This document shows positions 48,645 to 59,390 of a DNA stretch of 64,000 nt, one piece after another (the stretch's first letter is position 1; every line of letters starts with the position of its first letter). Source of the stretch: Minutocellus sp. GHC0000111 (lineage: Eukaryota); the NCBI GenBank assembly GCA_977018835.1, contig OZ361260.1:248001-312000 (forward strand). The letters are read 5' to 3'. The position numbers and the translations under genes were made by a program. The notes beneath the pieces are model-generated. The model saw only the letters and a list, made by a program, of their open reading frames with translations. It did no database searches and was not told the origin of the DNA.

Positions 48645-49892
48645 TCAACTGACCCACCTTCGAAAGAGTTCCTGATTCCAATATTTGAGCGGCGATAGAC
48701 CAAGACCGACGCTTCCATCGTACCTTGCGGTCAGCCCAAAGAACTTCCCTTCCCCAGACGCAGCTTCTTCCTTCATTGATATTCGACCACTATCTTCCTC
48801 GGTGATCTCGAATCCATCGGGGATTTCTCTTCTAAATAAAGGGAATCGATTTCGCATCAAGGCAGCAATGTCAACCCGACTGCCACACGTCCCCGCGTGC
48901 CCAGCCCCATCAACAGTGTGCACAGAGCAATCTGGCAGTATTCTTTGCAGTCGTTGGGCTTCGTCAACTGCCGGCAGTGTCCTATCGTCTTCCCCTGCAA
49001 GCACAAGCACCGGCAGTGTTGAAAGCAGCCCTTTCATTTCATTTTCTCTTCCGTTGATCCCAGTGTTGCCCACGGTCAGCCATTGTTCCAGTCGCCAGCG
49101 TAAGGTATCCTTCGGCATGAATTTCAATTTGTTTGGAAGGGAAAACGCTGTTCGACCCATGTACGCTTCCCTTGCCGGTGTGTCGATGACACTTGGTAGC
49201 GCCTCGGAGCTCAGAATCAGCAAAAGTTGCGAAAGTCCGTAGTCATCGACGAAAAGCGGCAACAAACTCACCACGCCAACTGGATATTGCCAATCGGACA
49301 AAGCCGCCACCTGTGGGCCCAACTCGGCAAGATTTGATCGTAGATAAGACGTAGCTGGATTTACGAGGACAATGCCGCACAGATTCGATGCGCGACTAGA
49401 CCCGCTTGCACCAGTAGACGATTGTATTTCCAATGCCACTTCCAGAGTCAGCAACCCGCCGAACGACTCTCCCATAAGATAGACTGGTCGATCCGGTCCC
49501 TCGGATGCAAGGTGCTCAATGACGGTGTCACGAAGCTGCTGGAATGTTGATCGATCGTCCATCGGTACCTGCATTCCTCTCACTTCAAATATCGTACCTA
49601 GCTCTGGGAATTGGAGGAAGGGTGCTACCAGCGTGCCATCAAACCCTGGGAGATAGAGCAACAGAGGCTTTGGGTTGCTTATTCCGAGTTCTCGACATTG
49701 CTCCGCCTCCAACACAGCCGGAGGATATCCAGATTCGAGCAATGGTGAGACAAAGCTGACTGCATGAAGAGCAACGGCACCGGTCACAACAGGGTGATGA
49801 TTAAATGTAGAACAGCGGCTGAGGGGTAAAAAGGCACTTGCTGGACAAAGAATGCTCAATAGCACGCGTGCTACTGCACCTATGCGTAACAT
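48645..49892 (-). CDS. Alpha/beta hydrolase (esterase/lipase-like), probably plastid-targeted
   Basis: YLPGFDGT, GESFGG nucleophile elbow, VNPATS, GEDDRTLP and GAGH motifs; ASAF signal motif. Confidence 0.85.
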   Translation of the reverse strand: MLRIGAVARVLLSILCPASAFLPLSRCSTFNHHPVVTGAVALHAVSFVSPLLESGYPPAVLEAEQCRELGISNPKPLLLYLPGFDGTLVAPFLQFPELGTIFEVRGMQVPMDDRSTFQQLRDTVIEHLASEGPDRPVYLMGESFGGLLTLEVALEIQSSTGASGSSRASNLCGIVLVNPATSYLRSNLAELGPQVAALSDWQYPVGVVSLLPLFVDDYGLSQLLLILSSEALPSVIDTPAREAYMGRTAFSLPNKLKFMPKDTLRWRLEQWLTVGNTGINGRENEMKGLLSTLPVLVLAGEDDRTLPAVDEAQRLQRILPDCSVHTVDGAGHAGTCGSRVDIAALMRNRFPLFRREIPDGFEITEEDSGRISMKEEAASGEGKFFGLTARYDGSVGLGLSPLKYWNQELFRRWVS

Positions 49893-50430
49893 AATTCGTG
49901 TTATGTGCTTGTTGTTACCGTATCTGATCCTTTTGGTGGACTAGTAGGGACCCCACGTCAAGACCATGTGGCGTTGTTGCATCGTATCTTTTGCACATCT
50001 CTTCTTTGAGATTGCGTACGTACGTGGGGAGATACTGTTGAAGGAAAGACGATTATAGAAAGAGTGGCTACTTTGACTTTCAGCGAAAAGTAAAGATGAG
50101 ACTTTCCACCACTATCGCTTGATGTGGACATCCTCCTCAAAATTGCCTCCTGCAACCAAAACGATATCGATCCTCAGCATTATGCGATGCTGAACAAACT
50201 TCGTCGAAGGCGCCAATATTCCAAAGCGCACCAAGCAGTAGTAAAAGTTTGATGCGTTGAATCTACGAGGATATTGTCGCGATGAGTTTCGACGAAAATT
50301 CGATTGTTGCTGCCCTTGACTCAACTGAACTGATCGCCGCCCTCCTTTCCTACCAAGTGCGAAGGCAACATTACGATCTACTTGGGCCAATAGTCAAAGT
50401 ATAGATTCCTTCTTGGGGCCCTTCCTTCCA

Positions 50431-52084
50431 ATGGTCCTCTCCAAAATGAAGGCCGGCAGTCTGCCGCCCCACGTAGCCGGAGTAGAGCAGACCGTCGCAG
50501 GTTCTAGCAAGCAGGTGCCGCCGATCGAGCCAGTCACCACTGGAAAGTCAACAAAGAAAATGGCAGTCAAGTCGGGTGTTACCGAGTCTCGAACCGATCA
50601 ACATGCAGCAAATGCATCTGCTCGGCGCTCCGGTGGTGCCGACGCGGCGAGCTGCACCGGCCAGAGTACGAGTGCACCATCCGTCGGTGCCTCCCTTGCA
50701 ACCGAAGGAAGCCAGCGTTCAGCAGTACGCATCACAAGGTCGAGCGGTATCAAAAAGTCGTCGCCCAAGGTGAAGAAGGGCAAAACCGCCAATAAGAATA
50801 AGGTCGCCGACGAGCAGCTCAAGTCCAAGAAGGTGCCGTCCAATGGTCGCGCCCTGCCTCCTCGGCATTCCAAGGGGGAGAAGGCGGTCAATGGAAAAAG
50901 AGCGGTCAAGAAGACAACGACGCCCAGGCCCAAACCGAAGCAGACTGTCAAGAAGAATATTGGAGTTCGTGACGATGAACTCAGAGAAGCTCCTGAAAAG
51001 AATGTTTCTGATGAAATTGGCCGTACCGACGGACAGGTCACACCTTCAAAGCCTGGTGGCGTCCTTAAGGGTTGTAAGTCGGACGACAACGATCGCAATG
51101 ATGCGATGGAGAACGGAGTAAAGGCTGTTGGCACTAGCAAGACTGACGGCGGCGTCGAAACTAATCCAACCGCTGGATCGCAGCTCTGGTCTGTTGCCAG
51201 TGGAGATATGACTCAAGTTCAATCGTACCTCAGCGAGTCCTATCGCTCGTTTGAGGGAGGTGCACTGAAGATGAAGGAAAACCTCGTTCACGACAGCAAG
51301 ACAGGTCTGCAAGATATTGGCAGAAGTGCCTCGGAGTGGGGCGAGACTAAGAAAGTGGAGCTCACCGAGAACGTTATCCCCATGATCTTTGCCGATGGCA
51401 AGATGTTCATCACACAGGCCCTTGGCGCCATAACTGCAGGTTGTGGCGCGATGGTAAACCCTGTTGCAAATGCCAAGGATGGTACTGATCAAAACGAGAG
51501 AAACGTTCCGGCAGAAGTAGAGAGTGCTAATAAATCGAGTACAGAAAAACAAGAGGGAAAAGAATCGACGGATCATCATCATCAGGGTAGGTTGTGGGAT
51601 TGTCTGCATTATTTCTTTTCCCTATTGATACATGTGCGTGATATTTGACCGGAACATGACAACATCTTCTTACAATTCTGTTACATAAATTCTTCTATCT
51701 CAATGACATTTTGCATCATCCACAGAAACCATCGATCCACAACTGAGTGCAATTACCCAAGATGATCTACCCATTCCTGAAGATAATGATGGAGAAGAGG
51801 AAGCCATTATTGAAAAACAATCAAAGGAGACTCGTGAGGCTCACGATATTGTTGCTGTTGTGCCAGTTTTAAATGGTGATTCAGCCCCACCTACCGAAGA
51901 TGGTTCTAGGAGCAGTGTGCCTCTAATCGAACCAATCTCTCCAACCAACTCCATGTCTGAGAGCATCGAGAAGATGCCCTCTGAAATTCGGGAGGAAAAT
52001 GATACCGATCCTGTCCTTCAGCCCAAGGGCAGCAAAATGAAAAAGTCTCTGTGGGGACGTTCATCCAAGAAATCTTCCAAGTAA
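50431..52084 (+). CDS. Hypothetical low-complexity protein; intron 51587-51725
   Basis: Two ORFs join in frame through a GT-AG intron. Confidence 0.6.
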
Positions 52085-52444
52085 GAACATCTCTCCTCTT
52101 TTTGTCATCATCCTTCATATATAGATCTCTCTACTAGACTTCTTTTTATTTGTGTTACCAAAATTCGAATGCGCTCCGCGTGAAACGTTCCCCATGATAA
52201 CATGGTTGGTTTGTCAGATGTGCTGCAGCATGACGTAAAAATAACATCTCTTTCGTGCCATTATGCTGAAGAGTTTGCTTCTAGTACGTACCTAGGTATG
52301 TACGTACCTAGGTACGCACGTTGCGCCTCATGCAAGTGCGTGCGCGCGTGATGATGATGCACGATGATGAGACTGACGCGATGACGGAGGTAGGGCAGGG
52401 CCGCGGGAGAGCGCCACGCACCATAACCGAGAGAATACAGTACC

Positions 52445-53438
52445 ATGGCACGCAGCAGCTCTACGTGTAGCTTCATGCTTCACCTCTTTCCATTGCTTCT
52501 AGTTTGTTCGGCTGTCAGCGCTTTTGTGCCAAACTTCCATTGCATTGCGGCAAGCAGGCTCAAACAGGCGCCACGGCGGCAGCCGGCAGCGGTTGCAGAT
52601 GGTGGAGATATCCCTGCTGACGCAACAACTGCTGCTTCTCTCGAGGCGCCACTTCTTGATGCTCTTGGAAAAATGAACAAAATCATGACGGCCGATTTCT
52701 TTCTGTCTCGGCCATCCCTCAAGCAGCTGCATGGAAAGAGCACGAAAAACATTGCCGTGAAAGACAGCTCGATTAAGGGGGCAGGCAAAGGGCTCTTTGC
52801 GACGAAAAATATCCAGCGTGGGTCCATCGTCTCTTTCTACCCGGCACATTCTCTGGGCATTGAACTTGGAGAGTCCCAAATGTGGGTGTCAACAAACGAC
52901 TCTGACAAAAAAATACTTCGAAAAGAACCCACCGGGATCTTCCAGTTATTTGCGCGCCACAGACCAACCAATATTCAACCGACCATCAATACTGGCCGCT
53001 ATCTCCCCTGAACTGAAAGATGTTCCAATCTATTTGGATGCCAACCCAAACAGGGAAGTCGACCCACTTTGGGTCTCTCAGTATATCAACGACGGTGCAA
53101 TTGTGACGAGCAACGACGAGATGGGCGTCTCCCAATACTATGAGCAATCCAAACGAAAAAAGAATTGCATCCACATACCATTCGGCCCGTCCCCAATAAT
53201 GGCCACTGTTGCAACGAGAAAGATCAAGAAAGGCGAAGAACTGTTTACGTCCTATGGATGTGTATACTGGCTGGGGGTGCTCTATTCGGATCAAGAGGGG
53301 AATGGACCTGATCTGACAGGTCAAATACAACAGCAAATAAAAGAATCAGCTCTGGATCTATTTGAGGCAATGAAGGGCGTATCAACGACGTATGGCAATC
53401 AGATTGAGGAGCTAAAAAGGGCATACAACGAATTATAG
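52445..53438 (+). CDS. SET-domain protein, frameshift in the A7 run at 52907-52913
   Basis: SSIKGAGKGLFATKNI...YIND...NC...VATRKIKKGEELFTSYG..YW; N-terminal signal peptide. Confidence 0.85.
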
Positions 53439-53572
53439 GGGGCAAATCTGTTTTCAGTTTATACCATGTCTAACTTTTAAAATGTAAACAACGACTTTCT
53501 TTTCGCGATATTACAATTCTATATCGATTGCTCGAAGACTTGCGTGGAAGAGACTAATTAAATAGGACCATT

Positions 53573-54506
53573 TTAAAGGTACAGTCCATGGCGAAGGAAG
53601 GCAGAAAGAAGCCCTCCCACTGCCGTTAGAACACGTCCCGACCCTCCAGCTGATGTGTCATCTTCGTCATCCGTCCCTTCGCTGCCATTCATCTCGCCGT
53701 TTATCTCTTCTTCGGGAACGGCAAGATAAGTACCCTGTAGCATCGGGCAGAGCTCAAATGGACCACCCATTAGTGTGATGTTGAGGGGAGGAGGATCCAT
53801 CCCTCCGTTCACCCTGTAATACTCACAGCCACCCTGCAAGTCATGGATCTGCATTTCAAGAGAGGACAAGTCGGTCCCGTCGCTGAGCGGGAGAGGAAGG
53901 CCATGCCACACAAGGAGATTGTGGACTTCAGCAGACTCGGGGTGGGTCAGACTACCCATTACATTGCCAGGGAAGGGAAGGTCGGATCCTACGGGCAACC
54001 AGGACACCATCGTCAAAGTTCCTGATTCATCTACAACGTCCCCGCCAGCTCGAAGGACACTGGAGACTTCAGGATTGAGCATATCGCCACCAACGCACAT
54101 GCTGAGAGCACCAGACTCATTACTGCACTCCTGGGGGGAATTGTAGATGATCCACCAAGGAGTGTAGGTGCCAGGCTCGAGATTTGTGGTCTGCAGGTAC
54201 AAACCCAAGCCAGCATCAGTTCGAGAGAGGATCGCCTTGCTGCCAGAGATTGAGCTTTCGGGGACTAAGGAGAAGGAAAGAAAACAGATTTATATGCAGA
54301 TTCGGCTGCACATGAGTGCTCGAAATAGAAAGGCCCTTTCAACTTGTTATGATGCACCGTAGACCGGACATTCCCGGTCCCAACTCACCGCCAGTGTATG
54401 CGCCAGTCGTCCATACTTCTGAAGTTTGCTGAATCGAAGCTCCTTCGACAACTATCCTAAGGACAGATGACAAAGCAGCAGCAAAAAAGATCTTGATAAT
54501 CGTCAT
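53573..54506 (-). CDS. Hypothetical secreted or membrane-anchored protein; intron ~54265-54388
   Basis: Signal-peptide exon (MTIIKIFFAAAL...) splices in frame to TYTPWWIIYNSPQEC...AEVHNLLVWHG; hydrophobic C-terminus. Confidence 0.7.
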
Positions 54507-54674
54507 GGTTCGTTGCTATTTCGAACTTGAAATATGCAGAGCTGCATGCAGGATCTCGGATGCGGAATGCAGCAGCGAGAGGCCTCGCCCGAAGGGCGAG
54601 GGGCTTTTTCCTCCATCCACCGGGCGCTGTTCGGCGAAGTTGAGCAGAATCGCCGAAGAGAATGAAAATCGCGG

Positions 54675-54788
54675 AAGTTGAACACCCGAACACCAGCAAT
54701 TGGATTCTACCAGGAGTACATGTTGGTGGGTAAGTCGAACACCCGAACACCAACAATTGGATTCTACCAGGAGTACATGTTGGTGGGT
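54675..54788. repeat. Tandem duplication, 57-bp unit x2, in a bidirectional promoter
   Basis: AAGT(T/C)GAACACCCGAACACCA(G/A)CAATTGGATTCTACCAGGAGTACATGTTGGTGGGT occurs twice. Confidence 0.92.
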
Positions 54789-54838
54789 ACCGAGGTCTTG
54801 CATTCCGGCGTTCGGCGATACACAAGTCCGATCCCAAA

Positions 54839-55999
54839 ATGCCCCCTCGAACAGTGAATCAATCTGCCACCATAGCCATCGGCATCACCTCGGTCGTTGC
54901 AGCCGCTGCTATGTCGTGGGCAGTCTACAAAAGGCGCCGGTGTCACGCAGATTCGTCTTCGGCTTCATCTTGGGATTCTTTTTGCCACAATCGGCACGCC
55001 ACTGGTTCCCAAGTTGTTGCTCTGTATGAATCGCAGATCAATGAGAAGCTAGCTCTAGAAGGACAAATGGCGACCCATGAGAACAAAAGTGTCTACGTCG
55101 TAACAGGAGCTTCTCGTGGTCTTGGGCTGCAAACTGCTCGCCTCCTTTCAACTATACCAAATGTCCACATTGTGCTTGGGTGCCGAGACGTTGAAGCCGG
55201 TTGCATCGTTGCTAATGATATCAACAGTGGGCCTGATTCAATATCAAAGGCTGTGAGCTGTGAGCTCGATTTATCGAGTTTTAGCTCTGTCAGGTCCTTT
55301 GCCAATCGCACCATTAGTGTTTGTGACAGACTCGGGGCCAACAAGACCAAAATTCGTGGTTTAATCAACAATGCAGGGACGTACGCCCTGCCAGGGACAA
55401 CCATGGATGGATTTCAGATTACCTTCCAGACAAATACGTTATCTCATGCATTGCTGACTGAGCTTCTTCTACCTCGAATGGCTGCAGATGCTCGTATAGT
55501 CAATATTAGTTCTGAGATGATGGGCATGGTTTGGAACAGAACGCGAGTGCCATACCGATTATTTCCACCAATTGACGGAGGAGGAACTGAGTGGGACTAT
55601 GCCCTGAGCAAGGCGTGCCAAGGCCTACATGCCCATGAACTTAACATTCGATTTGGCGCAGGCAATTCCTCAAATCGACGAGCTTTTGCCATTGAACCAG
55701 GCATCATCGAGACAGACATTTCAAGAAACTTAAGACAATGGACAAGACGGCTGAATTACTTTATTTTTGTCCCACTACTTTCCACTGTTGATGAAGGCAC
55801 AGCAACTACCATGTTTTGTTTATTGGCTACTAAAGAAGAATTGGAAAAGGGGTGGGTAGATAATGGTCGAGATACTAAGCCGTTTCTGTATGCCCACTGT
55901 GCCCCCAAAGCACCACATAGATGTTGCAAAAGATCAGAGGACGCCATCGCTCAAGCCGAGACGTTTCATGAGATATTTGTGGATCGCAAATTGCTGTGA
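54839..55999 (+). CDS. Short-chain dehydrogenase/reductase (retinol dehydrogenase-like)
   Basis: TGASRGLG, LDLSSFSSVRSFA, INNAG, YALSK and PGIIETDI motifs. Confidence 0.9.
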   Translation: MPPRTVNQSATIAIGITSVVAAAAMSWAVYKRRRCHADSSSASSWDSFCHNRHATGSQVVALYESQINEKLALEGQMATHENKSVYVVTGASRGLGLQTARLLSTIPNVHIVLGCRDVEAGCIVANDINSGPDSISKAVSCELDLSSFSSVRSFANRTISVCDRLGANKTKIRGLINNAGTYALPGTTMDGFQITFQTNTLSHALLTELLLPRMAADARIVNISSEMMGMVWNRTRVPYRLFPPIDGGGTEWDYALSKACQGLHAHELNIRFGAGNSSNRRAFAIEPGIIETDISRNLRQWTRRLNYFIFVPLLSTVDEGTATTMFCLLATKEELEKGWVDNGRDTKPFLYAHCAPKAPHRCCKRSEDAIAQAETFHEIFVDRKLL

Positions 56000-56158
56000 A
56001 GGCACAACATTGTCTCTACATCTGATTTATTTGTCCCAAACATAATATTACAGTTCGAAAAATGCTTTCATGTACTATTTCGATTGCTCAAAGACTTGCG
56101 TGGAAGAGGAAGATAGATCTATTTTTGTAGCGAAATACATTCAAAATAATTACCGGTG

Positions 56159-57244
56159 TTATACAGCACAGTACAAGTCCATCCACCGCACCACCTTACT
56201 GATCATCAAAACACTCGCGGCTGCGACTTCGCCAAGAATTGCAGCTCTCAGTGACTCTGGGTCCCTTCGGGGCTCTCCTCCAAAAGGCAGCGGCACGTCC
56301 ATGAGAACTGCGCCGCTTGATGATGATCCATGCGCTTGCAAGAAATCACATATGCAACGCAAGCATAAGCCTGCTGGGCCAACTTCCGTCACAACCGCCT
56401 TACGAACTGTATATTGACCGCCCAACCCGAGAGCTTCTAGGCCCTTTCTAGCAAGACCCAGCACATCGTTCTGAAATTCTGCATCGTTGAGCAATCGACG
56501 GTCATTATCACACTCGGCCACAAGTTCCTGGTTGTTCTCGGGGGCAACCCACCAGTTCGGATATCTTGCCATCTCTGTGGAGGAGTAGAGCTGCTGTTCG
56601 CGTTCTCTCAGCTCGTCATTATTTTCTATTTCTGCTGCAGCCTTCTTCGCCTGAATCATGCTCGATAAAACGTTATCTGCTTCAAGTTCCAGGTAGTGCA
56701 GGTTATCCAAAACGCAATTTTCCAGAACTTCATCTGTCGCTGTTGGGCCGCAATCATGAGGAAAAGAAATGGGAACATACAGCGAGACGCACCCATGAGA
56801 TTCGCAAAGAACTGCCTCCAACTCGATAGATCGTTCGTTCACGCACATGATGTGCACATCTTCGATTGCATCGAGCTCAATGCGTCTTTCTGGGGGGCTG
56901 AAAGCTACAGCGAGTCGTGCAAGTGTGCCAACCTTGTCTGGTTTCGTTTGGATTGAATCGGCCAGTGCGATTCCCACTGGGGAGCGCATCGTTGGCAGCT
57001 CACTATTATTGCTGCTTTCGTCTGAAAAGATGGCGTCAGTTGGGCATTCCTCCTCATCGTCGCCATCCCATCCATAAATCAAGACCGAAAGGGAGGACTG
57101 CTTCGGACGAGAATTCTGGGGGCCAACTCGTATCCAAGAGCATCGATGATGCCGATACCTGCCGCCAAAGTAGGTAAATGCCGTCACCGTCGGTAGAAAC
57201 GCTAGCAGAAGTACAAAGGTGGCAAATCTTGTGACGATTAGCAT
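56159..57244 (-). CDS. Hypothetical protein with a signal peptide (AF motif), possibly plastid-targeted
   Basis: 361-aa ATG ORF; no confident family assignment. Confidence 0.65.
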   Translation of the reverse strand: MLIVTRFATFVLLLAFLPTVTAFTYFGGRYRHHRCSWIRVGPQNSRPKQSSLSVLIYGWDGDDEEECPTDAIFSDESSNNSELPTMRSPVGIALADSIQTKPDKVGTLARLAVAFSPPERRIELDAIEDVHIMCVNERSIELEAVLCESHGCVSLYVPISFPHDCGPTATDEVLENCVLDNLHYLELEADNVLSSMIQAKKAAAEIENNDELREREQQLYSSTEMARYPNWWVAPENNQELVAECDNDRRLLNDAEFQNDVLGLARKGLEALGLGGQYTVRKAVVTEVGPAGLCLRCICDFLQAHGSSSSGAVLMDVPLPFGGEPRRDPESLRAAILGEVAAASVLMISKVVRWMDLYCAV

Positions 57245-57569
57245 ATTAGCATGATATGAGCGAGTTCACTCGCAACATGGGCGACCTTACAATGCTTGCG
57301 GTCGATCGTTTAATGTCGGTGTTGCACTGAGTCGAGAATGGTGGGTAGACTGGCTGGTTGCAGTCGATCTTTTCCCTTCGCTTCGCTTCGATCGATCAGC
57401 TTGGCCACTCGCTTCGCATTCGATCGATCAGCTTGGAAGATCCCCGCCACGCCACGTCAAGTAACCCGGATCTCTGCTTCTGTGGCTGTATCTTGACAGA
57501 AAACTTGCGAGAGAAAACAGAGACGCCCGGGCCGGTATGGTTGGTACCAATAGTCAATAGAGTAGGAAG

Positions 57570-59339
57570 ATGCGGAATCGAACCTTACCAAGCATACTTT
57601 GGGCCAAACGGTTGTTCTCGGTCGCCATGCAGATATCCCTAACAGCTGCATTTCAGCCAACGTCGCATACTGGTCCAACGAGTCTCTACCGTACGAATGA
57701 AGCTGCTTTTATTGACCAGAGTGAGGCAGTCTCTATCTCTGCTGCCCCATCATCAGCAAGAGCGGGAATCACCGTCAGCGCTTTGCCGAAACTGACAATG
57801 AATGCTCGTGGTATTTATGAAATCGAGACACAAGAAGATCATTCGGCCCTTCTTGAAGCCCACCCAGAAAAGCTCATCGTCGTCAAGTTCTTTGCCGATC
57901 ACTGCCAGGCATGCAAGGTTCTAGCACCCAAATATCTTGCGGTTAAGAATGACAAACAGCTGAACGGATTACCAATCGTATGGGCTGAGTTCAAATCGAC
58001 TCGGGCTAACAAAAATTTCTTTCGTGCGCTTGGGATTCTGTCGTTGCCAACTGTTCAATTTTATGATGGATCCCGGGGACTAGTTGAGAATTTTCCTTGC
58101 GGGCCGACGAGGATTCCACTGCTAAAGAAGAAGCTGGCTACGTTCCTCAATAATCGAGTGGATCCCGATACGTTGCAACTCAAAGAAGTCGTGGAAAGCG
58201 CACCTGCGTCTCGGTTGGCTGATCTTCCGAGAAGAGACAGAGCAGTTTCATCGATTGAGGCATACAACATCATTACAGATGAGCATCTACAGCACTTGAA
58301 ATCTCTTGCCTTCTTTGAGGATTTGTCTGATGTTGAATTCGACGAAATGCTGAAGAAGACCAGACTACAAACATTCCTCCCTGGGGATGTGGTTGTACGG
58401 CAAGGGGAGCTTCGCCACGTGTTTTACGATATTAAAACAGGCCAAATAGAGATGAGCATAAAGAGCCGCTTTGAGGATCCGATACACACACCGCCAAATT
58501 ATCTGGGTGCCGTCGTTGCGGAGCTGGGCCCATACGACTTTTTTGGTGAGCGTGCGTGTACGACTGGAGAGCCCTGTGCTGCTTCCTTCAAGGTATTGGA
58601 GAAGACAAGCTGTTTCGCATTCAACGCAGAGGACATCCCGGAGAGCTCTGTGTTGTCGATCAAGCGCATGGCTACTCGAGAAGTAGTTGAAAAGCTCGAC
58701 GAAAGATACGAGCTTCCTTCTGACTATGAGCCACCGTTTTCCGCCACAGCAACAAAGCAAGATGCAGATATTCTTGAGTTACTGATTCGGTTCAAGCAGA
58801 TACGTCAAGTGGCTAGAGCTTTCGAATATGTAATGAAGACAAAGCCAATGTTTGGGGATGAAGGCGAAATAGCGAGAAGATCGTTGTTGGTCGACAAGCT
58901 TTCAAAGTCAAAGAGAGATGAATTCATCTCAGTATTCAGATTAGCAGACACGAATAACGACAACAGACTTAGTCTCGAAGGGATGAGACGATTTATGGAA
59001 AGTGCTCGGGCAGCCAAAACGGACGAAGAACTAACGTCAATGATTAGCAAAGCTCGTGTCTACGACCCTCTGAAGGGGGGAGCCGCAGATAGCATGACTT
59101 TGAATGAATTTTTAGGTGTCATGGCGGAGAGCGAGTTCTACAATCTCCTGACGGAAACTTTTCAGACGCTAGATGAAGCAAATACTGGCTATGTTCGAGC
59201 AGGCGATCTCAATGGCATGCTTGGAGGTGTTCGCGACATCGTTGGAGTCAAACATAAGCCTATTATTGATAGTGAGGACGAAGATGTGCGAGTTGATATC
59301 GAGCAATTTTCGAAAATGCTTCTTGGAATTGCCCTTTAG
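57570..59339 (+). CDS. Thioredoxin + cyclic-nucleotide-binding + EF-hand fusion protein
   Basis: VVKFFADHCQACK (Trx); LPGDVVVRQGE...FFGERA (cNMP); ADTNNDNRLS and LDEANTGYV (EF-hands). Confidence 0.85.
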   Translation: MRNRTLPSILWAKRLFSVAMQISLTAAFQPTSHTGPTSLYRTNEAAFIDQSEAVSISAAPSSARAGITVSALPKLTMNARGIYEIETQEDHSALLEAHPEKLIVVKFFADHCQACKVLAPKYLAVKNDKQLNGLPIVWAEFKSTRANKNFFRALGILSLPTVQFYDGSRGLVENFPCGPTRIPLLKKKLATFLNNRVDPDTLQLKEVVESAPASRLADLPRRDRAVSSIEAYNIITDEHLQHLKSLAFFEDLSDVEFDEMLKKTRLQTFLPGDVVVRQGELRHVFYDIKTGQIEMSIKSRFEDPIHTPPNYLGAVVAELGPYDFFGERACTTGEPCAASFKVLEKTSCFAFNAEDIPESSVLSIKRMATREVVEKLDERYELPSDYEPPFSATATKQDADILELLIRFKQIRQVARAFEYVMKTKPMFGDEGEIARRSLLVDKLSKSKRDEFISVFRLADTNNDNRLSLEGMRRFMESARAAKTDEELTSMISKARVYDPLKGGAADSMTLNEFLGVMAESEFYNLLTETFQTLDEANTGYVRAGDLNGMLGGVRDIVGVKHKPIIDSEDEDVRVDIEQFSKMLLGIAL

Positions 59340-59390
59340 TTTGGGCTCTTCCGTAACATACTGCTAGCTAGGGTTTGTTTTAGTGATAAC

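Noticed and set aside
52907..52913. Programmed frameshifting at A/T runs in the SET gene and the RdRP (60222-60229)
   Set aside because: Single-base homopolymer indels are more simply explained by sequencing error or mutation.
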